DNA of 64,000 nucleotides from an uncultured delta proteobacterium (GTDB lineage: Bacteria; Desulfobacterota; BSN033; UBA1163): positions 480,001 through 544,000 of the forward strand of contig CAWHBU010000004.1 in the NCBI GenBank assembly GCA_963827685.1. Reading direction: 5' to 3'. The notes beneath the pieces were generated by a model. It made no database searches. It had not been told where the DNA came from and worked only from the letters and a program-made list of their open reading frames with translations. Within the stretch, counting starts at the first letter, position 1. Each line of letters opens with the position of its first letter. Shown piece after piece: positions 56,155 through 64,000 of this stretch. The translations under genes were made by a program, and so were the position numbers.

Positions 56155-56790
56155 TTATGGCGAGAGGTGTTCGGTGAGACGATGACTGGTTTCGGCCACC
56201 ATGCACCATATGATATCTAAAGGAAGGTGGGACTCGATCGTTGAGTCGAATAGAACACTGACCTTGGGAGGAAATTCCGCATCCCCTTTCCATAGAATAT
56301 AAGCCAGAGGAACTTTTGGAAATACCTCTAAGGCAAATCCCTTATCTCCATAAAGGATTTCACTCCCCCCCAGCCTCTCACCTGTTTCAAGAAATGCCTC
56401 TGGATCCTTTCCGAAAAGGTTCACCAGGTCCTCAACCTCAAGGCGATGAGGACCCCGGAAAAAGGTGGATCCTCCCTTCAGATCTTTCTCGCTGACCCAC
56501 GTGTGCGTCGGTTTGATGTCTTTGGCTTCTGTCAGATACACGAGGACCATCAGAGAGAAATAAGGATGGAGTGATTCCTCAACGGGTTTATCGTTCCATT
56601 CCACGCGCAGAATCTTTTTTTCTTTTGGGAGGATGAGGTACCGCTGATTATAGACTGGCAATAAAAAGCCTTCTCGGGCAGGGTGATAGATGGCTTCTGT
56701 TCGGTTACACACATCCGTCGGATGAAATTGGGAAAGTCTATCCCAATGGAAAGGGTCAATCACTGCTTTTGTGTTGGTTTCCTCTCCCAT
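56155..56790 (-). CDS. DUF3786 domain protein
   Basis: FFRGPH, FPKVPLAYILWKGDAEFPP..SVLFD....HLPLDII. Confidence 0.85.
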   Translation of the reverse strand: MGEETNTKAVIDPFHWDRLSQFHPTDVCNRTEAIYHPAREGFLLPVYNQRYLILPKEKKILRVEWNDKPVEESLHPYFSLMVLVYLTEAKDIKPTHTWVSEKDLKGGSTFFRGPHRLEVEDLVNLFGKDPEAFLETGERLGGSEILYGDKGFALEVFPKVPLAYILWKGDAEFPPKVSVLFDSTIESHLPLDIIWCMVAETSHRLTEHLSP

Positions 56791-57082
56791 TTTGTCCTCT
56801 CTTCTTATTTTAAAATAATGATAGTTTAGTTTTATCTCATTTTCAATGAATAAGTGATAAGAGTAAAGGGGAAAGGAAGATGGCCCATTTCCTGTCTTAG
56901 AGACCCTATAATGATCTTCAGCGTAACCTCACATATCAAAGGAGATATTCGCCCAAAATCGTTCTATTCCCGACAATATGTCACCTCCTGTCAGAGCATG
57001 TTCCAACTCAAACCTGTATTTGTAATTTAAATTAGGCTTTAAACATCTGTTAGTTATGAAGCTGAAGAAGTAAATTTCTCTC

Positions 57083-57098
57083 TGGCACAATTTTTGCT
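57083..57098 (+). promoter_or_regulatory. sigma54 promoter upstream of the PilZ gene
   Basis: TGGCAC-AATTT-TTGCT, a consensus match. Confidence 0.7.
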
Positions 57099-57132
57099 GT
57101 AAAAGTCTATAAAATCAAATCAAATAGGGGCA

Positions 57133-57525
57133 ATGATGATACCGTTAGTGGAAAAGACCGTACCCTCAGAAAAAAGAAAATATCCGAGATTTAGTGCCGA
57201 TTTCCCGGTTAAGTATAGTACAACCAGCTCGTTCTTCAAAAGCGCTCGAGTTGACAATGCCAGTGAAGGGGGATTACTTGTCTGCCTTCCAGAGAAAATG
57301 CATATTGGTGAGCATCTGGCGTTGAAATTATTTTTTCCTTCCCGTTCTGAATTAAATATTGTCGAGACGGTGGTCCAGGTGATATGGATGGGTATTCGTC
57401 TGAGGAAGGATTGGACGTGGGATTATCGGACTGGAGTGAGATTTGAAGACATTGCTCCAAAGGATATGACGACTTTGAAAAATTTCTTAACAAGCCTCGC
57501 GCCAAAATCACCGCCCGCTTCCTAA
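57133..57525 (+). CDS. PilZ domain protein
   Basis: EKRKYPR (RxxxR) and NASEGG (D/NxSxxG). Confidence 0.9.
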   Translation: MMIPLVEKTVPSEKRKYPRFSADFPVKYSTTSSFFKSARVDNASEGGLLVCLPEKMHIGEHLALKLFFPSRSELNIVETVVQVIWMGIRLRKDWTWDYRTGVRFEDIAPKDMTTLKNFLTSLAPKSPPAS

Positions 57526-57775
57526 CGGCAGTGTCAACCAAACCGAGCCAGCAGAATTTTCGAGAAACCAGTTAAAAGGTCCAATTCGTTATTATCGATT
57601 TCCCCCTGGAAATAGCGGACGTTGGTCCCGGACGGCGTAAGTCTTCAACCGAGATAATCAAACACTATTTTTAAATTCATATTTGTGATAATCTAAAATA
57701 GTAGACAGCCTTTTTGTTCAGGGGCATGAAGGGTTCTTCAACAGACCTGAAGTCAGAGAAGAAGATAGATTATTC

Positions 57776-59140
57776 ATGAAAAGAGCCGTTGCTCAGCTTT
57801 TTCGCCCGACCATCGCCAAGAAATTGCTCCTCGGATTCCTATCCCATGGGATCTTGACCATCCTCATTGCCTTCATCGCCCTCTTCAGCCTTCAACGCTT
57901 GAATGAAATCAATAATCGGATTATAGGGCGTGATGTTCCCTTGGTGGAAATGACCGATAAAATGATCGAGGCCCTGCTGGCCCAGGAACTCTATGGACGT
58001 CGCTTTTTCATCCTCAGGAGTTCGGAGATGGAGGCGCTCTTCTGGAAAAGAAGTGAGGAATTCAAAAAGCTCCTGCAGCAGATGGGTGATCTTCCAGATG
58101 TCTCCGACCTTCCACTCGATCGACTATCTATCCTTCACGAAGAGTATAACCATTTCTTCAAAACAGGATTAGAGAAGACGAAAGGTTTTTCTTCCCGCAC
58201 CCTCCAGGATCGTGATCAACAAATCGGGCAAAGTCGGGAAGAACTCATTCAACTGGTAAAAAGGATCTCTTATGATGCCAGGAAGGACCAGAATGAGAAA
58301 AGCCTGAAGACCCTGAGTGTTGGCCATTCCGCTTTTTGGATGACTGCCGGATTGAGTATCGGCGGCCTTCTTCTGGGAATCATCATTGCCCTGACCATTA
58401 CCCGTCGCATCTCCCATTCCATCAATCAATTAAAACTTTCCACTCGGGAGATATCGGGGGGGAAGTTTGACCGTCTGCCCGAGGTTCATCATCAGGATGA
58501 ATTGGGAGATCTCTCTCAGGCTATTCAGAAGATGGCACAGAGATTGAAACATCTCGAAGAGATGAATCTCGACGCCAACCCACTCACTCACCTTCCCGGA
58601 AGCGTCGCCATCGAAAATGTCTTAGATAAAAGGTTAAAGGAAGAAAGCCCTCTGGCCTTTTGCCAGCTTGATTTGAGCAACTTCAAGGCCTTTAACGATC
58701 GGTACGGGTATGTCAGGGGCAATCAGGTTATCCTGACGACGGCCAAAATTGTAACCGAAGTGGTCAAGGCACAAGGAAATGAAGGAGCCTTTGTCGGACA
58801 TATCGGGGGAGATGATTTTGTCGTGGTCACTTCTCCCGAAAGGTATGAAAAGATTTGCCTCGCCGTCATCGATTCCTTTGATAAGATGGTCCATGATTTT
58901 TACGACCTGGAAGACCGGCAGCGCGGTGCCATCCAGGGGGAGACGCGGCAAGGCCAGAAAGTCTCCTTTCCCATCATGACTCTGGCCATTGCAGTGGTCA
59001 CCAACCAGCACCAGCGGCTGCAAAATCACGTCCAGGTCGGGGAGATCGCCGCGGAGCTGAAACATTATGCCAAGTCTTTTCCCCGCAGCATTTTTGTAGT
59101 CGATCGGCGCAGGGATAGCGTTTCCCCTCAGGGAAACTGA
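57776..59140 (+). CDS. Membrane diguanylate cyclase (periplasmic 4HB, HAMP, GGDEF)
   Basis: Two TM segments, HAMP (DELGDL), ANPLTHLPG, FKAFNDRYG, HIGGDDF. Confidence 0.9.
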   Translation: MKRAVAQLFRPTIAKKLLLGFLSHGILTILIAFIALFSLQRLNEINNRIIGRDVPLVEMTDKMIEALLAQELYGRRFFILRSSEMEALFWKRSEEFKKLLQQMGDLPDVSDLPLDRLSILHEEYNHFFKTGLEKTKGFSSRTLQDRDQQIGQSREELIQLVKRISYDARKDQNEKSLKTLSVGHSAFWMTAGLSIGGLLLGIIIALTITRRISHSINQLKLSTREISGGKFDRLPEVHHQDELGDLSQAIQKMAQRLKHLEEMNLDANPLTHLPGSVAIENVLDKRLKEESPLAFCQLDLSNFKAFNDRYGYVRGNQVILTTAKIVTEVVKAQGNEGAFVGHIGGDDFVVVTSPERYEKICLAVIDSFDKMVHDFYDLEDRQRGAIQGETRQGQKVSFPIMTLAIAVVTNQHQRLQNHVQVGEIAAELKHYAKSFPRSIFVVDRRRDSVSPQGN

Positions 59141-59453
59141 AATATTTTGCCACCACCCCTATCAGTAAATCTATTCATTGTTGGTGACAGGAATAGATTC
59201 TATCTTCCCCTGCCTTAGCTTGCCTATCCCAGCGTTCCCCTCTTCAGAAATTGTCGTACTCGATCTTGGACATTACGGGAACTGTCAGTGACTTAGTGTC
59301 TCAACTAATTTTCTCCTTATTTTTCTATTTGTTAATACAATTTTTGTGAATTCCTCAAAAAAATGTGAATTTTTTTCTTATTTAGTAATTAAATTCACAT
59401 CGTGCTCAATTAGAATCCTTATTAGTTTCAACCTATTGCCGAATGTGATATTT

Positions 59454-59469
59454 TGGCATGAAACATGCT
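59454..59469 (+). promoter_or_regulatory. sigma54-like promoter
   Basis: TGGCAT-GAAAC-ATGCT, 33 nt before the small ORF at 59502. Confidence 0.5.
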
Positions 59470-59501
59470 GCATCAATACTCAAATATTGTGAAAGGAGAC
59501 T

Positions 59502-59621
59502 ATGATGAATCCAGCGGCCACCGAATTGGTCCTCATCAATTCTTTCATAGTTCTTTTGATCTTTATAGACGCGATTATTAGAATCGGATCCAGCACATCA
59601 GATGACTTTGACCCAAATTGA
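59502..59621 (+). CDS. Small single-TM peptide (39 aa)
   Basis: AAAGGAG RBS; MMNPAATELVLINSFIVLLIFIDAIIRIGSSTSDDFDPN*. Confidence 0.5.
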   Translation: MMNPAATELVLINSFIVLLIFIDAIIRIGSSTSDDFDPN

Positions 59622-59693
59622 ATTTTCCTTTTATCTTTATATGTAACAGAGAAAACACCCTCTCTCTTCCTCCACATTCAACCTTTAACCGCT

Positions 59694-59733
59694 GAGAGTC
59701 CGCCGTATTCAAGGAGTACGGCGGACTCTCTTT
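59694..59733. terminator. Strong hairpin, probable intrinsic terminator
   Basis: GAGAGTCCGCCGTA-loop-TACGGCGGACTCTC followed by TTT. Confidence 0.6.
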
Positions 59734-60031
59734 GTCCCTCAAGCCGTTAAGTTAAGCGGTAAATTCCTTTTGTTTTATCCATGGCTACTAAGCCTTCAAT
59801 AACATTGCAGAAATTTACTATTACACGTTGGGGTGTCTACGGAGGAACCCGGAACACCAGGGAGATGATGAAGAATTCGTGGAACTCTGATGCCAAGAGG
59901 GTTTGAATACGACAAGGGAGATGGTTCGGTATGAGGCCTTCGTGAAGGGACTTTAAAACATTCGCGGAATCATATTTAAGAAGTGGTGAAAAACGAAGAG
60001 GCCAGGCAATTGCCTAACCTCTCATTTTTAT

Positions 60032-60107
60032 TGGTGGAGCTGAACGGGATCGAACCGTCGGCCTCTTGAATGCCATTCAAGCGCTCTCCCAGCTGAGCTA
60101 CAGCCCC
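60032..60107 (-). tRNA. tRNA-Ala (GGC)
   Basis: GGGGCTGTAGCTCAGCTGGGAGAGCGCTTGAATGGCATTCAAG...GGTTCGATCCCG..CTCCACCA, 76 nt. Confidence 0.97.
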
Positions 60108-60259
60108 ACGGAGATTCAAAATAACATAGTGAAAAATACGTTGTCAAATCCAATTTCCCGTCGATTTACACCCCGTTCCCTTGAAGGGAGAGGGTGAAAA
60201 CGAAGTTCGTCATTTTTGGAATTGACATACGGAATCGTTTTTCTTATATTTGTTTTCAT

Positions 60260-60348
60260 GCCGGAGTGGTGAAACTGGTAGACGCACGGGACTCAAAATC
60301 CCGCGGGGCTTCCACCCCGTGTCGGTTCGATTCCGACCTCCGGCACCA
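60260..60348 (+). tRNA. tRNA-Leu (CAA)
   Basis: GCCGGAGTGGTGAAACTGGTAGACGCACGGGACTCAAAATCCCG, long variable arm, GGTTCGATTCC...GGCACCA. Confidence 0.97.
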
Positions 60349-60624
60349 ATTATTCGAACAGGTTTGATGTTTTTAAGAAAAGATTTTCGGAAGGGTCATT
60401 GGAAGGATTTGACCATTTTTTGACTATCCCATCATTGGTATCAACCGAACCATATCATTTCCCGGTCACACCCGGTCTTTCCGCCCCTGACTGAAGGGTT
60501 GCATACAGAGGGTTCGTTTGCTTTTCCCTCCCTGCCCATGCTAAGATGTGAAAACTTTTTCTTGAAGACTCCGACAGGACCCTGGAAAAATCTTCTTTCA
60601 GCGGCCGACTAAGGACTTAAACTT

Positions 60625-61866
60625 ATGGCAGAGATCATTCCCTTCAGGGGACTTCTGTATGATGTTTCCAAGGTTTCTATTGAGGATGTCCCTGCCCCTC
60701 CTTATGATATTATTACACCTGAATGGCGGGAATCATTATACATGAAGAGCCCCCATAATATTGTAAGGATAGATTTTGGTAAAGAGGAACCGGGAGATAA
60801 TGAAACCGAAAATAAATACACACGGGCCAGGAGATGGCTCGATGCGTGGATCAAGGACGGCGTATTGATACGCAGCCATAAACCTTCATTCTACGCCTAT
60901 GAGATTATCTATACCATTCACGGTGTAAGAAAGCGACTCCCCGGATTTCTGTGCCTCGTGAAACTCGAAGAATTGGGTAAAGGGAGCATTTACCCACATG
61001 AATGCACACACTCTAATCCAAAACAGGACAGGCTGAATCTCCTGAGGGCTTGTGAGGCAAACACCAGTCCTATCTTCTCACTCTATAAGAGTTCAGCGGA
61101 TGGAATATCCAGGATTCTCTCAAGGGTCACCTGTACCAGGCCTTATCTCCAGGCTGCCGACATCTCCGGTAATCTGCACCGGCTCTGGCAGATCGATCGG
61201 CCCGAGGAAATAGAAATCATTAAAAAGGAGCTTGCCGATAAGCCTGTCTTTATAGCCGACGGACACCACCGATACGAGACTTCGTTTGAATACCAGAGAG
61301 AAATGTCGGCAAAGAAGGAATCTTCTTCGCACAGGAAATCCTATGATTACACCCTCATGTTTCTCGCCAATTTGATGGACGAGGGAATCACCATCCTTCC
61401 GACACACCGGCTCATCAAGGAAATTCCAAAGGATATCCATGGGATGATTTCCAGATATTTCGAGATCGAAACGGTAGCCAATGATTTCGACATCCGCAAA
61501 CGGCTCTCCGGCAGAAAGAATGTTTTCGGTTTCTTCAGAAGACAGGAAAAAGCGTGGTCCGTTCTTAGTTATCGGGCAGGGGATCTCTCGGAACTCCATC
61601 CTGACCTCAGGGACATCGATGTGATCATCCTGCACGAGGTGATATTCAAGAAGATCCTGATGAACGCGGAAATCGGATATGAGATGGATGTTGCGAAGGC
61701 GCTCGATCAAGTGAATCATGGAGAATATGCGGCCGCTTTTTTCCTGAATCCGACGCGGGTTGAGGATGTCGAAAAATCAGCCCTTTCCTCAATGAGAATG
61801 CCACCGAAGTCCACTTATTTTTATCCGAAACTTTTGACCGGATTGGTATTGAATCAATGGGAATAA
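60625..61866 (+). CDS. DUF1015 family protein
   Basis: APPYDII, IYPHE.T, IADGHHRYET, MPPKSTYFYPKL. Confidence 0.92.
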   Translation: MAEIIPFRGLLYDVSKVSIEDVPAPPYDIITPEWRESLYMKSPHNIVRIDFGKEEPGDNETENKYTRARRWLDAWIKDGVLIRSHKPSFYAYEIIYTIHGVRKRLPGFLCLVKLEELGKGSIYPHECTHSNPKQDRLNLLRACEANTSPIFSLYKSSADGISRILSRVTCTRPYLQAADISGNLHRLWQIDRPEEIEIIKKELADKPVFIADGHHRYETSFEYQREMSAKKESSSHRKSYDYTLMFLANLMDEGITILPTHRLIKEIPKDIHGMISRYFEIETVANDFDIRKRLSGRKNVFGFFRRQEKAWSVLSYRAGDLSELHPDLRDIDVIILHEVIFKKILMNAEIGYEMDVAKALDQVNHGEYAAAFFLNPTRVEDVEKSALSSMRMPPKSTYFYPKLLTGLVLNQWE

Positions 61867-62040
61867 TCCCATCGGTTTTCATCGGATCAACAACCAATTT
61901 CTCCAAGGTCCTTTGTCACGTTCTTATCCATTTGACCAAAATTTAATCATCTGATGTTTGTTTTTGACTTTTCCCTTTATTTTTGTTATTTTGTTCTTCA
62001 CCCTAAGCGTCAATCATCTTAGGCCATTAAGAAGTCCAAA

Positions 62041-62802
62041 TTGAAATTATTCAAAATCCTCCTCATCCTTCTGGTATTTTTTCTATTCCTCCAGCCCTGT
62101 TTTGGATTCACTGACGAAGAAATTCAAAAATTCCAGACTCTGTCGGTCGACAAACCCGTCGGTGAAAAAATTGCTTTCTGGGCTGAGAAATTTGTTGGCG
62201 TCCCGTATGATACGGATCCACTAGGGGAGTACGTTTCAAAGGCAACCATTGTAGCGGATGAGAGGGTGGATTGTATGTATTTAACCTTTAGGGCAGTGGA
62301 GCTTGCCTTGAGCCGCACCCCTGAGGAGGCCATGCAAATAGCCTTGGACAAAAGATTCCATTCCAAGGGCGTTCTCAAGGATGGTCGGGTGATGAATTAT
62401 GATGACCGTTTTGAATATGGTGAAGACATGGTTGAGAGTGGAAAGTGGGGTAAGGAGGTGACCTCTGAGGTTGGGAAGATAATGAAAATAAAAGGGTCAA
62501 GGGGAAAGGATTTTGTAGAGATCCTTCCCCCGGGCACGCTCCTGAAGGAAATGAAGAATTTAGAAAGTGGTGACATTGTCTTTTTTATGAAAAGGCCTGA
62601 AGCGAGGATGAAAGGAGAAATTGTCGGCCACATTGGAATTCTCAAGGTGGAAAAGAGTCCGAAGAGTGGGGGAGGCAGGGACATCTATCTCATTCACGCC
62701 AGTGGCATGAAAGAAAGAGGTGGGGCGGTGAAGAAGGTTCTGTTCAAGGAGTATCTTTCGAAAATGCCCTTCGCCGGAGTCAAGATCACCAGATTTCAGT
62801 AA
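62041..62802 (+). CDS. NlpC/P60-related (DUF1460/AmiA-like) exported amidase
   Basis: Signal peptide, FVGVPY, VDCMYL, GDIVFF, GHIGI, LIHAS. Confidence 0.75.
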   Translation: MKLFKILLILLVFFLFLQPCFGFTDEEIQKFQTLSVDKPVGEKIAFWAEKFVGVPYDTDPLGEYVSKATIVADERVDCMYLTFRAVELALSRTPEEAMQIALDKRFHSKGVLKDGRVMNYDDRFEYGEDMVESGKWGKEVTSEVGKIMKIKGSRGKDFVEILPPGTLLKEMKNLESGDIVFFMKRPEARMKGEIVGHIGILKVEKSPKSGGGRDIYLIHASGMKERGGAVKKVLFKEYLSKMPFAGVKITRFQ

Positions 62803-62865
62803 ACCCCGTTAGAAATTCCAGTCGTTGCGACTCGAAACCGAGCGGGGCATTATTTCTGACCGGGC
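62803..62865. mobile_element. Short (63-bp) form of the ACCCCGTTAGAAA element
   Basis: Matches the reverse complement of 42198-42327 with the segment between its internal direct repeats removed. Confidence 0.75.
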
Positions 62866-62991
62866 AAAAATCTCTTTCTCCTTTTTCCATCACTCTTGTA
62901 TCCCCCAAATTTTTTCATTGTCCAGAGAGAAGAAGGAAAGTATAATATCAAACAAGAGATTAGCAAATGAATAGGAGGCGAGAATCGTTTT

Positions 62992-63309
62992 ATGATCCGG
63001 GCATTCAATAAACACTATCGTAAGGCTATCGATCTTATAGAGGACTGTTCGACGAGTGAGAAGATGGAAATCGCTGAGAGGGTAATGGAATGGTTCCGGG
63101 AATTGCCCGAAGAGTATATCATCTCCCTGGCGATGTTTTTTAATGAAGTCATCGACGATCTTGGAGATGAAAGCTTAGAAAAGATCACTTTAAGAATGAA
63201 ACAAAAGAAAAAAGAGGAAAAGGAAGCGGAGGAAGAAGAGGAGGAAGAGGATTTGGAAGAAGACGAGTTCGAGGAGGATTACGAGGACGAGGATAAAGAA
63301 GATTACTGA
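62992..63309 (+). CDS. Hypothetical protein with a long acidic tail
   Basis: AGGAGG RBS; E/D-rich C-terminus. Confidence 0.7.
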   Translation: MIRAFNKHYRKAIDLIEDCSTSEKMEIAERVMEWFRELPEEYIISLAMFFNEVIDDLGDESLEKITLRMKQKKKEEKEAEEEEEEEDLEEDEFEEDYEDEDKEDY

Positions 63310-63330
63310 CTTTTTATTAAGATCATACCC

Positions 63331-63360
63331 GAAAGCCCTGCCCTGTGGGCGGGGCTTTTT
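63331..63360. terminator. Bidirectional terminator between convergent genes
   Basis: AAAGCCCTGCCC-TGT-GGGCGGGGCTTTTT. Confidence 0.65.
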
Positions 63361-64000
63361 ATTTGGAGGCTGGGACGGCCCGATTATAGGCCCAGCGTTC
63401 CATCCTTCCCATCTCTTCCCTCATGGTTGTGGAGAGAGGGACGATATTTCCCGCTGAGATCACCAGATCGTGTTCATTCATTGGCCGGCCTGAATTAAAA
63501 CCTTCGATCATCGCCCCGTTGACCGCCTGCTCGATTTCTGCACCGTTAAACCCCTCGGTTACCTTGACCAACATATCCAAATTGACCTGGGACAAATCTG
63601 CGCCGTTTTTCTTCAGATGGATGGAGAAAATGGACTTTCTCTCTTGAGCCTTGGGCAAGGTGACAAAAAAGATTTGGTCAAAACGACCCTTTCTCAAGAC
63701 CTCCGGGGGAAGAAGTTCAATCACATTGGCTGTCGCGGCGATAAAGACGAAAGCGCTTTTTTCCTGCATCCAGGTGAGAAAGGAGGCAAAGACCCGGGAT
63801 TGAGTCCCCCCTCCTGCTTTCTGGCTTTGAATGCTGATACCCGCTTCGATCTCATCGATCCAGAGAACACAAGGTGCTACCGATTCCGCAGTCCGAAGGG
63901 AAACCTGCAGCGCCTCTTCAGGTTCTCCGATCGTTCCATCATAAAGCCTGGCCATGTCAAGGTGGAGCAGAGGAACCTGCCAGAAAGAGGCAAATACCTT
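63359..64000 (-). CDS. AAA+ ATPase (Ycf46-like), 5' truncated by the window
   Basis: [23 protein letters not shown]...[26 protein letters not shown]. Confidence 0.9.
   Translation of the reverse strand, partial: KVFASFWQVPLLHLDMARLYDGTIGEPEEALQVSLRTAESVAPCVLWIDEIEAGISIQSQKAGGGTQSRVFASFLTWMQEKSAFVFIAATANVIELLPPEVLRKGRFDQIFFVTLPKAQERKSIFSIHLKKNGADLSQVNLDMLVKVTEGFNGAEIEQAVNGAMIEGFNSGRPMNEHDLVISAGNIVPLSTTMREEMGRMERWAYNRAVPASK

Noticed and set aside
59660-59900. c-di-GMP or other riboswitch near the cyclase
   Set aside because: Only one strong hairpin is visible, with no GEMM GGCAAA/GAAA/GCAAAGC pattern. Treated as a terminator.
60032-60348. tRNA-anchored prophage or integrative island
   Set aside because: No integrase, no phage structural genes, and no duplicated tRNA 3' end found by eye in the window.

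Overview
64 kb of a moderately GC-rich bacterial chromosome. Gene content (DUF3786, sigma54 promoters, PilZ/GGDEF/HD-GYP, MltA) suggests a Desulfobacterota/deltaproteobacterial lineage; this is inference. 1-11.2 kb is a DNA-repair block: addA (frameshifted, with an in-frame palindromic insertion), addB, a high-GC ThDP enzyme gene, and recD2 coupled to a PD-(D/E)XK nuclease. 11.3-23.3 kb is an AT-rich defence island: decayed hicBA, a Dam-type MTase-HerA-NurA operon, a 3TM+HAD pair, an HNH nuclease, an XRE/ImmA-type regulator pair, and an E2-only CBASS with a 3TM effector. About 22.9-56.1 kb is a long run of unrelated single genes or small modules. They are separated by about 17 co-oriented copies of a ~26-nt imperfect hairpin (GGKGTCATCCATAAAAAAGTTGGCCC) and related GGGGTCA/GGGGCCA half-ends, usually just after stop codons. 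This is an integron-like cassette architecture with no attC or IntI in view. A nearby internally deleted RAYT/Y1-transposase element has the same GGGGTC ends and is a candidate driver. The window also holds a complete IS1182 and two remnants, several families of small palindromic elements (one nested four deep), a candidate 170-nt structured RNA, tRNA-Ala(GGC), tRNA-Leu(CAA) and housekeeping genes. All family calls come from motif recognition by eye; no database searches were run.
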